NCBI RefSeq assembly: GCF_026571515.1 | Contig: NW_026864070.1 | Span: 62,001-126,000, forward strand | Length of the DNA stretch: 64,000 nucleotides | Source of the DNA: Ruditapes philippinarum | Taxonomy: Eukaryota | Reading direction: 5' to 3' | In this document: one piece after another, positions 10,828-23,280 of the stretch | How the letters are laid out: each line of letters opens with the position of its first letter | Numbering within the stretch: the first letter of the stretch is position 1 | Notes under the pieces: model-generated | Seen by the model: only the letters and a program-made list of their open reading frames with translations | Databases searched by the model: none | Told to the model about the DNA's origin: nothing | Program-made: the position numbers and the translations under genes

Positions 10828-12735
10828 TTAATCCAGGTGCCACGGAACGTAGTGTCGTTACACTTTACTCTTTCTCTTAAGAACAAATTCCAGTACCGTC
10901 CATGAACAGACATAATAAAAAATGATGAAAAAAAATGAACACAATCCCCACATGACCAAGCAACAAAGGACTAGCGGCAAGGAGCCAAGCAGGACCCCCA
11001 ACAAAAAACAGGGTAGAGCACAAGGCAAACTGAGCCTGCATTGTTTAAATTTTGCCGTGTTTGCCGTTCTTCGGGGATTATGTTTTCCTCTCTTTCATAC
11101 AATTTCCGATACATCCCGTGTAAAGCTATATTTTTTACCATGGACATTCACCCTCGACATTATTTTAGCTCAAATGTTTTTTCTTTCTCTGTTAGTTTGT
11201 TGTTTTTTGGTTTTTTTTTTGTTTTTTTTTTGTGGGGTTGGGTAATTGTCAACTGTCCTTAACGAATAATTATTTTGCAATAAAGAATATGAATATTTTT
11301 ATAAAATATATTAAATCATACATATGCATAGTGTGTAGCTGGAATACAGATATAGTTACCCGCACTCCAGAGCATTGGCCCATTTTTTCTGAGGTTAACT
11401 TATTTGACAACAGAGATAAGGATAGCGATAGAAATATCGTATTCAAAACCTCGTTCATTGGTTTCTTTTTCTCAGGTTTCAACATTATTGTGACAACATG
11501 GAACGTGTTTTACTTTTTGCCTATGAAATAAAAGAGAAAAACATCAAAACACTGAGGAACAAATCAGATAGCCTCGAGTTTCGATGCTCTTTCTAGTATA
11601 TAACGTTTTCGAGGGCGTTTTTTTATGTCTCACAATACTTTATTTTGATGGTAATATAACATACAGAAGGTAATTGTTAAAACTGCATTATACACATTAT
11701 GTGAAATGACGTGAATTTTGACTAAATTCTTCAATCAGATTAATAGTTTACATATAGTAATTACAAAAGCAAAAACAACTACAACCACATTTTTAAGTCT
11801 TAATCCTACACATGCCATTTAAATTTTGAATATGTTCAATACAGAGATAGAATTAGCTTTTTTTACATTATATCAGTTTTAGTTTTGTTTTGCCAAGCAC
11901 ATTGGGTTACGAGTATATGAGCTTATAAACACGAGGTGTTAAATTGTACATACAGCATACCCTTAATTTAATGATAACGAAAAGTGTTTGTAGGTAATTA
12001 TTAAGAACAAAACATATACAATTAACTTAATGATAACGAAAACTGTGTGTAGTTAATTTGAAGGACATCTTTACCTTTCTAAAGCTGAACGTTTTGCATA
12101 ATTTATATACAATCAAGATATTATCGCCATTTTTATAACATATACTTTTGAAACATAATAATACTGCTTTACTATACTATTACATTTTATTTCTCTTCTC
12201 CTTGTCTATTATTTATATCTGTCACTCAAAGTTACTATAGTTCATTAAAAAAAATTATTGTTTACCCTTGACCTGCTGAATATTTGTAAAAGATTTATTC
12301 CGGTTCCAAGTCAATATTTGAACTGAGCCTGGTAAGACTACACGGATGTGCATGTTAGTCTGGATCTATACTGGTGACAAAGGGTTATCATTTTCAAGAC
12401 CAACAGGGAACACGTTAAGAATGTCTTATAAAATGTAATAATATGATGTTCAGTTATGTCCAACCTACTCAGTAGTTTGTAATGATATTGAATGACAGTG
12501 TACATATATTTTTTGTGTTTGTTTTTTGTCTGATAATTTCTCGTTTATAAATCTACTGAATTGTTAAGCAAAATAAGATGTTTTGTTACATATGATATAC
12601 TATACATAAATATTTGATACTTATTATTCATTATGTTTGTTCCTTTTCATAAATATTTTGATCCTATTTATAGATATTTTGTTTCTATCTATAGATATTT
12701 TGTTACTATTTATAGATGTTTGTTACTATTTATAG

Positions 12736-13777
12736 ATGTTCTTACATGGACGAAGATTAACAAAGGTGTATGAGGAGATAGGTATGGCCGTGTTACCTGA
12801 CGAGTATCTGCCTGATGATTATGAAGGTCCTAATGTCGGCTCATGTGAGAAAATAGTCGGTATATAGCTTTATTTGTGTATTTGTGTATTAGTAGGACAT
12901 TGATTCTCGAAAAAAGAAAACAACACAGAATATTTTACCTTCAAGACATATTGTCGAAAACCGTCAGTCTCTCCTCATTAGATAACAGATACAAAGTACA
13001 AGTTTGTAAAAAATAAGAAAGGTGAAAATTGGAGAAACACCAATTACCTTAGTATTTCCATGTTGGGCTTTCTTTAAGGATTCTTTTTTATTCTCTATAT
13101 TATTTTGTTGGTAGAAATTATGGCTATTCAAAGCATTGTTAATTAAAAGTGAGTTTATAAAGCATTCCTGGTCATTCATACAATCTATACATATTTAAAA
13201 GAAGTACCAGAAGCGACAGAAAGTATCACACTACCTATAACAGTATATTCAAACTATATTTATTGTATTGAGATGCTTTGCGTATATCACAGTTTTTTCA
13301 TAAGGAATTCAGCAAACTAATATTGGTAGATAAGCAAACTAAAATTGATAGATAATTATAAATTAATGATTGTTAAAATAATGAAAAAGTTCCGAGAAAA
13401 TAGTTAAACTAATTCTATAGATATAGACATTTATTGAAGATTTACTGGTAAGTATTTGTGACACGTATTGGCCAGCCTGTGTTCAAGTGTAAAAAGCATC
13501 TTTTATTTCCTCAATATTTTGAGAGCAAACATTTTGGAATATTTTGAACAAAAATTAGCTAGTGTGTTAACTCTTTGATTCATTCTACAAAATAGAGTGA
13601 CACATTTTCAGCGTTTGTTATATTTCATTGCAGTCAAAATGTTAGTAGACATGCAGAGCGATGTTTTTCGTGAATATATAAAACATCTCTCAAGTGACAA
13701 ATATGGGGTGGACCTAGAAGAACGTAAAAATTGCTGACACACCAGTTGCTTCGTTTAGAAAACTAAATATAGACTTG
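12736..13777 (+). pseudogene. 3' fragment (last two exons, 12736-12859 and 13634-~13777) of a CRAL-TRIO alpha-TTP/clavesin-like gene
   Basis: TATAG|MFLHGRRLTKVYEEIGMAVLPDEYLPDDYEGPNVGSCEKIV-G|GT, then TGCAG|..KMLVDMQSDVFREYIKHLSSDKYGVDLEERK(+1 frameshift)ADTPVASFRKLNID. Phases match (G+TC). The HG..LPxEY motif is typical of the CRAL-TRIO C-terminus. No upstream exons found. Confidence 0.75.
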
Positions 13778-14980
13778 CAAGATATTACACGTGAGACTCG
13801 TGCATTTTCGTTACAAGTATTAAAATGGGATTATTTGCATATCGTATATTATACATATATTAGAATTTGACAATGTTGCGATTAATTTTGTATTATGAAA
13901 AGTAACGTATGTCAATAAGGCTGAAAAACGTACCATAATACTTAAATCAATATAACAGGCTCGGAATATTTCAGAAGTTTAAATAGCTACATGAGGTACA
14001 AAACGTTACAACTGGTGACAAAAATGATAATGTTGTTAACATTTATGTTCATTATTTCTTATGTCCAGGAAAGATTCAACGATGCAAAATATATGTTTAT
14101 TTGAATGCAACTTTCTCCTGATTTTTATAATTGTCGTTTATTACGAACCCTACTTTTCATTTGAACATTTGTATTTTTATAAAGGCATGTAGTGAACTTT
14201 TATTAAGATTTAAGTAACCGGTACAATATGTCCCATTCTTTTTGCATTTCATTAGATAGGTTAAGGCATAAAATTCTTCAATTTTCAGATAGCCTTTTGA
14301 TGCTTAAGTGTCTGTTAATGTGTATGTGCTTCTAGTTTGTCCACTTAAACATTCTTTTCAATGTAAAAAAAAGTTACACCCCCCAAAAAAAAATTATACA
14401 CCTTTTATTGTTTGGTTATAAAAATCTCCTGCGATCTAGGCTATAATTTAGCTTTGTTTGTATCAAACTGTGGCCTATTTTAAATGTACTTTATACTTCT
14501 TCCGTATACATACCGTGTCAAACACTACATGATAGAAATTTAAATGTAGGTCAGACGCTAGCATTTATTTTCCCATAGACTTACATTATGAGAGATGGTC
14601 ACTTATCCCACATTAAATTTGAGCTTTCCTGCTGAAGAAGTGATTTTTCTAGGAGAATGAAATGCCTGACACATAAAAATGACAAATTGAATTGAAATTT
14701 TCTGCTGATCACTGGACTGACATGCACTGTTTATTAATGCAAATATCCAAGTAAAAAATAATCATAGAGAATCATGAAATATTTCATTTTCTTTAGAAAA
14801 CAATACAGTGTTAGATTCTAAATTAGTTTTCATACTTAAAAACATCCCATTTTCTTCCAATCACCTCATGTCCCACTGAATCTTATGGTTTTATGTACAG
14901 ATTCAATCAAACCATGTCTGCAATTCTCTTGTAATTTTGTTGTGATTAATACTTCCGAGGGATCACTTTGTTTCCAGATT

Positions 14981-15267
14981 TTTATACTTCACAACAGCAG
15001 GTGTCAAGTGCTGTGTGGCAGCTGTAAAAAGTTGCCCCGTTCTTCACTTCAGTGTTGTTATATTTTTCTGGTCCTTCGGGATCATAGATGCCAGCACTAT
15101 TAAGTGTTGAGAATTGAGTACCGCTCAAGCCGGTGCTAGGGGGCGTGAGGGATTTGCACGTATTCATTATCCCTCATGAACAGACTCAATCAAACCGAGA
15201 CTGCAATTCTCTTGTAATTTTGTTTTGATTAATGCTTCCGAGGGATCACTTTGTTTCCAGATTTTTT
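14981..15267. mobile_element. ~290-bp unclassified non-autonomous element (full-length copy, preceded by a partial copy at 14890-14980)
   Basis: Near-identical to the reverse complement of 52150-52440. Absent at the matching unit-2 position (~39830). Older partial copies lie at 3400-3630, 18070-18275, 25255-25470 and 30360-30580. Confidence 0.75.
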
Positions 15268-16448
15268 TTCTTTTTCCCTGCACTTTTTTAGCCAATCGCT
15301 GGCGATGTTGCAACGCAAAAGTATGACCTGCATTGGTTTTTTTTATTGTTTTAAGTGTATAATGCTGTATCTTATGAAATATTGCTATAAAATCATTCAA
15401 CAGTAAAATTATATTGCTGAATCTTATGATCCATTCTCGAAAGATTTGTAACATAGAATGCACACGGATAACGTTTTAATTAACAAACATTTTATAGTGT
15501 TGAAAAAATAGAAATCTATTTATTTACTTATTTACTTGTTTGTTTGATTATTTATTTATTTATTTATTTTCAAATTAAAGTAATACTCAGTATACAATCA
15601 AAAATCATTTATGATAAGTTTATCAATCTAAACAGCAAAACTTTCATTCAGCTTAGAAATACAAAACTTTGTGCAAAAAGCAATATTTTCTATTAATATT
15701 TTTTATCTCTTCTTTTTACAGTTTTTTGCATTTGTTTTTGAAAAGTACAAGTAGTTTTAACCGCTCCAAAATGTAAGAAACATTTTTAGTTTATCTGCAA
15801 ATGAAGTTAATTATAAAGAAACATTTTTTTAGATTTAAAACAAAATAACGGCGCGAGTGTTTGACCTTAAATATATAAAATTCAAGAATGCCATATTTTG
15901 TTTTGGTGTTACAACACTTTGTTTCTATATATTGGTTGTTATCAGCGTGAATTATTTTGATGATATGCGTTCCTAGATCCGCTGGTATTAGGCTTCAGGT
16001 ATTCCATTGATGTATATATTCTTTCATTTCATACATAAATAAAAGAGGAAGTCTTCTCCTATTTCTACAAATAGTTACTATGGAATTTTTCAGGCACGTT
16101 ACGCTTATTCTTTTAAGATTAAACAAAAGATATTCATTCTGCAAGTTTGAAACACAAAACGGATTATAAAATTGATGAGTATTTTCCAGTTTATTTAATA
16201 ATTTAACTCATCTCTCATCACATGTAAGTATTCTTTAAAACTATTTCTTTTTTCTCATTATTAAAACATACAATGTAAATTATTTAATTTAGACTGTTTA
16301 TAACAATGGTCATATATATGATTATACTATCTAAGATACCAAGCATACACCACCTTTTCATCATATGAAAAATATATCTCGAGCCCGATGATTCGAACAT
16401 TACAATTAATTTATACTGAAATAAACAAAAATGAAGAGTATGTTTAAT

Positions 16449-16740
16449 GAGACGTGCATGGCCGATAGAAGAGCACATGAGACCTTTCTCCACAAGTAAA
16501 GCTTATTAACCTCGAACCACTTGCCCTTCACCTCTGGGTTCCTATCTTACTATCAAACTAGCATATGGAATGTCTGTGGCTCTACTCAGGTGCCAGTTTG
16601 TGATTGAGATAATGTACAGAGGATCACATGAGGTCTTAAAGCTAGGGTTAGGGTTTACTTCAAACAGTCAAGCTGAAAAGTCGCCATATGACATTTACAA
16701 AGTGTCGGCGTGACTTAAACACAACAACAACAACAAGAAA
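16449..16740 (+). mobile_element. tRNA-derived SINE upstream of copy B
   Basis: Same family and same position relative to the acceptor as in the other five copies; (CAA)n tail. Confidence 0.65.
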
Positions 16741-16789
16741 AACATTATATTTATTTTAAAAATTCTGCTGTTTTTATATTTTCAGAACT

Positions 16790-19291
16790 ATGTCTGTAAG
16801 ACGATTTTCCTTTTTTCAATATATGCTTTGTCCGTTCATCGTTCAAGCTGTAACCAAAAATGTCACGTGTCCTGCCTCATGTGAATGCGATATTTTCTTT
16901 GACATAAAGGAAGTAGAGTGTGCTAACCTCACTGATGTTCCGTCAAATATTCCCGAGGACACCAATTGGCTAGATTTAAGCGGGTGTAATATATCCCACA
17001 TTCATATTCAACCGCTGGAAAAGCTCTTCAAATTACAAATCCTCACCTTTCAGGAAATAAATACAATTGACGAGAATTACAATCTTACGGCCTTGGACTT
17101 GCCATTTCTAAATGAAATAGTCGTCGAAGGCGGCGTTTCTACTTCTATCCCACAGCTGTTACCACCTTATATTGGAACGCTTAATGTAGGAGAAAACAAT
17201 CTAGGCACTCTAAAGTCTGGTAGCTTTAAGAACTACCCAAACTTAGAAACGTTAACTTTGTGGGACTGTATGTTAACGAAATTAGAAGCTGGTGTGTTGG
17301 ATGATATTCCTTCCCTTTCCTCACTTGAGTTTCATAGCAACAATCTAAACAAAGACAGTTTTCCTTTGGACGTATTCAAGAAAAACCAAGCACTTGACTC
17401 TGTTTCATTTTTTGATAATGAATTGAAACACGTAGTGTCCAATCTTCCAAGTTCTGTTACAAGTGTCGATTACAGCGACAATGCCATTTTTGAGCTTAGA
17501 GCTTATGACTTCAAATCTACGCCGAATCTGATATGCTTGTATTTTCTACAAAATATGGTATGAAAATTACTGTTCATGTGAAAATGTCGTCATTGTTAGA
17601 GATATATATAAAATCATGCATGTAATACTCTAACAACAATCGCAAAACAAACAAACAAACATAGAAAGCATATATTAATATATCTATTTGTCTTTTTCTT
17701 ACTGCATTGAGGTTTTATTATTAAGTCATAAAATGTCATGTTTAGTCATTTGATTACTAGATTTTACAAGAACGATATTTTTACAAAGGAGTATTAGTAA
17801 ACGTAAACGACCATGGAGTTTAACTTTAACTCCATTATGGGCCCCTTTTAGTTCTTATTATTTCACTTATTTCATGTCCTTCCCCTTCTTTCACCACCCT
17901 TGATTCCTCTACCGGTTTTGGTTCGGTGCACTCTGGGTGCCCTGCTGTTGTAGGGGGCTGCATCCTGTGAACGTTCCCTTTGCCTTGTTGATCTTTGTTC
18001 TCGTTTGTTTTCTCAATAAATTAAATCTGATGGAATGTGTAAGTATTCTCACGTCCCATAAGAACGGCTCTGTGTTGTTATATTTTTCTGGTACTTCAGG
18101 ATCATTGATGCCAGCACTATTAAGTGTTGAGAATTGAGTACTGCTCAAGCCGGTGCTCGGGGGCGTGAGGGATGTTGCACTCATTCATTATCCCTCATGT
18201 ATAGACTTAGTCAAACCGAGTCTTCAATTTACACGTAATTATTTTGTGATTAATGCTTCCGAAGGATCACTTTGTCATAAAGCAACCTTCAAAACCATTA
18301 TGTTTTGGCATTAGTGAGTGACCGCGTAGGTCTAGAAATGTCTTGTTTACTAAACTGAAGTTAAGTAAGAGCAATTTTAACACCTGCCACACAGCACTTG
18401 ATACCTGCTGACCCCATAATATTACGTGACTGAATTGAGACAAACAGTAACATTCAGAATTGTTGTTAAATGTCAAAAGTTAGTAGCACTTTGTTAATAT
18501 TCTATTATACAAGATAATAATGAACAACATTTCATAATTCTATTATTTTTTTTCATGTTATTAATAAAGTACATCTATTATATTCACTATCCACAAAAAA
18601 GTAAGTAAAATATCATATTGATGCATACATATGTGTTTACTACCATTATTAAAATTTGTGTTGGTTCTAAGAGTAGTTTCGAAGTGAATATTAGTATTGA
18701 TACAAAAATAAATCATATAGACCATACTATAATACCTGTTTCTAAACTCATGCATGTTCATTAATATTCTTATATCATTATACTATCAACTATTTGTCCT
18801 TCCGCATTAAATCATGAAGCAGAACAATCATATTTACATAATATTTTCAGATTGCACATTTGGAGGACTTTACCTTTCAAAGCATGGTCAATTTACAAAT
18901 CCTGGACATGAGTTACAACAATTTATCTGCAGTTACTAATAATACGTTTGCCGGGTTAACTTCACGTTTATGGCTGAATTTGTCATATAATTGGATAACA
19001 GCCATTGCCCAAGATGCATTCAAATCATTGCAATCAAGCAGGATTGACCTCAGTTTTAATAGGTTACAAAGTCTTCAGGTTGAGATTTTCTCTCATCTTA
19101 CAAGCACAGCTAATGTAAGACTAGCTGGCAACTTGTGGAATTGTGATTGTCACCTAAGGTGGTTGAGAGAAGCACTGGACAATGCCACTTATACCATTGA
19201 GCTTCCGTACACTCTGAAATGTGCAACACCAGTCAAGCTCGCAGGAAAGTCTTTCATTGATCTTAAACCAAGCGATTTTGTGTGTATGTAG
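16790..19291 (+). CDS. Secreted LRR-only protein, copy B (predicted 402 aa; exons 16790-17557 and 18851-19291; exon 2 cleanly deleted)
   Basis: Both exons are open (768 and 441 nt) with canonical GT at 17558 and AG at 18849-50. At ~17820 the intron jumps from CCATGGAGTT to sequence found downstream of exon 2 in copy C (~25000). Confidence 0.8.
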
Positions 19292-21986
19292 GACGAAATT
19301 TCATTATTCAAATATATATTTTATATGTCAAATTTGAGCAGACTTTTATAATTATGTAAAATGCTTAATCAGATAATAATTATGTACTAGACACACGGAT
19401 GAGAAAACATTGTTCAATGTTTCATACGTCATTTATTATTTTACACTTTCCCGTCGGAGAAACAAGAGGCAATCTTCATAACGTAAAATATCTCTTTTTC
19501 CCGAACCATATTTTGAATGTGTAATACATCATATCTAATACTACAATTTGCATGTTTGAAAATTTGTAAAGAATGATACAGGCAAAACAACATTAAAAAA
19601 TATAATATTGTTTGAACCGAATACACAACTTTGCGAGTACAATACAATATTTTGAGAAATTCTTGATCCTGAGTTGCAATGACAGATAATAATATTTAAA
19701 ATACTGAATAAATGAGGTTTAGAAATTTTGAAAGATTTTGATTGTTGTATTCCTTGCGCCATCTAGTTAAGGATCTCAACAAAAGAGATTGGAATATTTT
19801 TTGGCCACTGCTACAGTACGTGAGAGTTGTTACACTTTCAGACTACTGAGTATAGCCTGCTTTCAAGACAGAGGTCTATGTTCTCCATCATACCGTGTAA
19901 TAAGTGTTTTTGACATTATCTGAATCGTTTTTGACGTCGTTTCTGGTATCAAATGAATCGAGTATATCTTTTTCAATTTTCGAAATCAACTCATGTTTAA
20001 TGCCTTTTATCACCCAACTGCAGGTGTCAATGCTTTGTGGCAGTTGTAAAAGTTGCCCCTTATTTCTCTCCAGTGTAGTTATATTTTTTATATTTTGATA
20101 ATTCATTCCAAAACTTCACTGTGTTGCTGTTTTGATAACGTTAATCCAGGTGCCACGGAACGTAAGTGACGTTACACTTTACTTTATCTCTTATGAACAA
20201 ATTCCAGTACCGTCCATGAACAGACATTATAAAAAATGATGAACAAAATGAACGCAATCCCCACATGACCCAGCAACAGAGGACTAGCGGCAAGGAGCCA
20301 AGCAGGACCCCCAACAAAAAACAGGGTAGAGCACAAGGCAAACTGAGTCTGCATTGTTTTAAATTTTGCCGTGTTTGCCGTTCTTCGGGGATTATGTTTT
20401 CCACTGTTTCATTCAATTTCCGATACATCCCGTGTAAAGCTATCTTTTTACCATGGACATTCACCCTCGACATTATAATAGCTCACATGTTTTTTCTTTG
20501 TCTGTTTGTTTGTTGTTGTTGTTGTTTTTTTTTTGTGTGTGTTTTTTTTGTGGGGCGGGGTAATTTTAAGTCAACGGTTCTTAACGAATAACTATTTTGT
20601 AATAAAGGATATGAATATTTTTATAAAATATATTAAATCATACATATGCACAGTGCGTTAGCTGGAATACAGATATAGTTACCTGCACTCCAGAGCATTG
20701 GCCCATTTTTTCTGAGGTTTTACTTATTTGACAACAGAAAAAAGGATAGCGATAGGAATATCGTATTCCGAACCTCGTTCTTTGGTTTCTTTTTCTCGGG
20801 TTTCTACATTATTGTGAAAACATGGAACGTGTTTTACTTTTTGCCTATGAAATAAAAGAGAAAAACATCAAAACAGTAAGGAACAAATCAGATAGCCTCG
20901 TGTTTTGATGCTCTTTCTATTATATAACGTTTTCGAGGGCGTTTTTTTATGTCTCACAATACTTTACTTTGATGGTAATATAACATACAGAAGGTCATTG
21001 TTAAATCTGCATTACACACATTATGTGAAATGACGTGTATTTTGACTACATTCTTCAATCAGAGTAATAGTTTACATAAAGTTTTGACAACAGCTACAAT
21101 AACTACAACCTCATTCTTTAAGTCATGCCATTTAGAATATAAAAAACTTCCGTTCAATAATGAAATATGAGAGACAATGTCAAGATATATATTATGAATA
21201 TGTTCAATACAAAGGTAGAATTTAACAATGAAAAATGATATCATATCATTTAAGTTAGGTTTTGCCAAGCGGATTTGGTAATATAAGCTTATAAACGCGA
21301 GGAGTTACAACTATATAACCTAAATTTAATGATAACAAAAATTGTGTGTAGTTTTTTTTAAGGACATCTTTACCTATTAAATGGTTAACGTTTTGCATAA
21401 TTAAAATACAATCAAGACATTATCGCCGGTTTTATAGCATATACTTATTGAAACATAATCATACGGCTTTACTATACTGTTACATTTTATTTCTCTTCTT
21501 ATATCTGTCACTCACAGTTACTATGGTTCATTAAAAAAAAAAAAAAAAAAAAACTTTTGACCTGCTGAATATTTGTAAATGATTTGTAAATGACTTATTC
21601 CGATTCCAAGGAAATATTGGAACTGAGCCTGTTCAGACTGTACGGATGTGCATGCTAGTCAGGTCAAAGGCTTGTTACTTTCAGTTCCAACAGGGAACAC
21701 GTTAAGAATGTATTATAAAATGAACATAAAACCTGTTCAATGTTTTAACGATATTGAATGACAGTATTTTTTTTGTGTGTGTTTGTGTTTCATATATCAG
21801 GTTCAAACCTATGACTTTGCTTGTGTAAAATAGCACAACATGGAAAGTATGTAATATAAAGTACCAGTGTGGAAGGCAGAGCCAATTTTCACTTATTAGA
21901 CACATATTTTTATTAACACAATAATAGTGTTAGATTCACGAATAATAAATAGAAATTTATTTATTATTTATTTATTTCTTTACATT

Positions 21987-22132
21987 NNNNNNNNNNNNNN
22001 NNNNNNNNNNNNNNNNNNNNNNNNNNNNNNNNNNNNNNNNNNNNNNNNNNNNNNNNNNNNNNNNNNNNNNNNNNNNNNNNNNNNNNNNNNNNNNNNNNNN
22101 NNNNNNNNNNNNNNNNNNNNNNNNNNNNNNNN
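21987..22132. other. Assembly gap (N run) at an (ATTT)n microsatellite
   Basis: Flanks correspond to the ATTT tract at 49020-49210 in unit 2. Confidence 0.9.
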
Positions 22133-22941
22133 TTATGATAAGTGTATCTATCAAAATAGCACAAACTTTCATTCAGCTTAGAAATTATATACAAAAATAT
22201 GTACAAATCAATCTGTTTTGATCTCTTATCTCATTTTACATTTGTTTTGGCTAGTACTTCAGAAAAGTACAGGTAGTTTTTAACCACTTCAAAATATTAG
22301 AAACATTTTATTTCATCTGCAACAGAAGTTAATTATAAACATACATTTTTTTAGATTTTAAACAAAATAACGGCGGAGTGCAAGAATTCCATATTTTGTT
22401 TTGGTAATAAAACACTTTGTTTTTGTATATAAGTTGTTATCAGCGTTAATTATTTTGATGATATGCGTTCTTAGATCCACTGGTATGAGGCTTCGGGTTT
22501 TTCATTGATAAAGGTGTAAATTGTTTAATTTCATACATTAATAACCCGACAAGTCTTCTCCTATTCATATAAACAGTTACGTTGGAATTTTCAGGCTTAT
22601 TCTTTGAATGTCAAGCAAAAGGTTTTCATTCCGCAAGTTTGAAACACTAAACTGATATAAAGTTGTTGTTTTAACTGTTTATTGGATAATTCAACTACCA
22701 AGTTTTAGCTAATCTATCACATGCAAGTATACTTTATAACTATTCCTTTTTTTCTTCATTATTATAACAATATTTTTAAATCAGACTATTTATGAAAATG
22801 ATCATAAGATATGATCATACTTTCAAAGTAACACGGCTCTATACCACCTTTTCATCATTTGAAAAATATCTCTCGAAGCCGCTGACCTGAATATTACAAA
22901 TAGTTTGACACTAAAACACACACAAATGTAGAATATTTTAT

Positions 22942-23210
22942 GGGGTGGGGATCCGTGGCCTAGAGTTAAAGATTGTTGTCTTCGAACCGCTGACCCCACA
23001 CCTGTGGGTTCAAATCTTACCAGGGACTTCGGATTCTTTTATGTGAGGAAGCTATCCAGCTAGCTACTGGAACGTCGGTGGCTCTACTCGGGTGCCTGCT
23101 TATGCCTTAAATAATGTAATGTAATGTAATGATGCCTTCCTTAACCGGTAAAGCTGAAAAGTCGCCATATGTCCTTTAAAGTGTAGGTGTGACTTAAACA
23201 CAACAACATA
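22942..23210 (+). mobile_element. tRNA-derived SINE upstream of copy C
   Basis: A-box-like CGTGGCCTAGAGTTAAAG and B-box-like GGTTCAAATCT, followed by the conserved body (…GAGGAAGCTATCCAGCTAGCT…AAAGTCGCCATATG…) and a CAA tail. Confidence 0.75.
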
Positions 23211-23280
23211 AACATTTTTAAAAAAAGATATTTTTTTTCATTTATTTTAACAAATCGTCTGTTTTTATTTTTTCAGAACT

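Noticed and set aside
9532-11262. Short ORFs repeated in the 3' flanks (MNYQNIK…, MTKQQRTSGKEP…, MSRVNVHG…)
   Set aside because: They recur only because the DNA is duplicated. Frames and stops differ between copies, and they overlap TE fragments.
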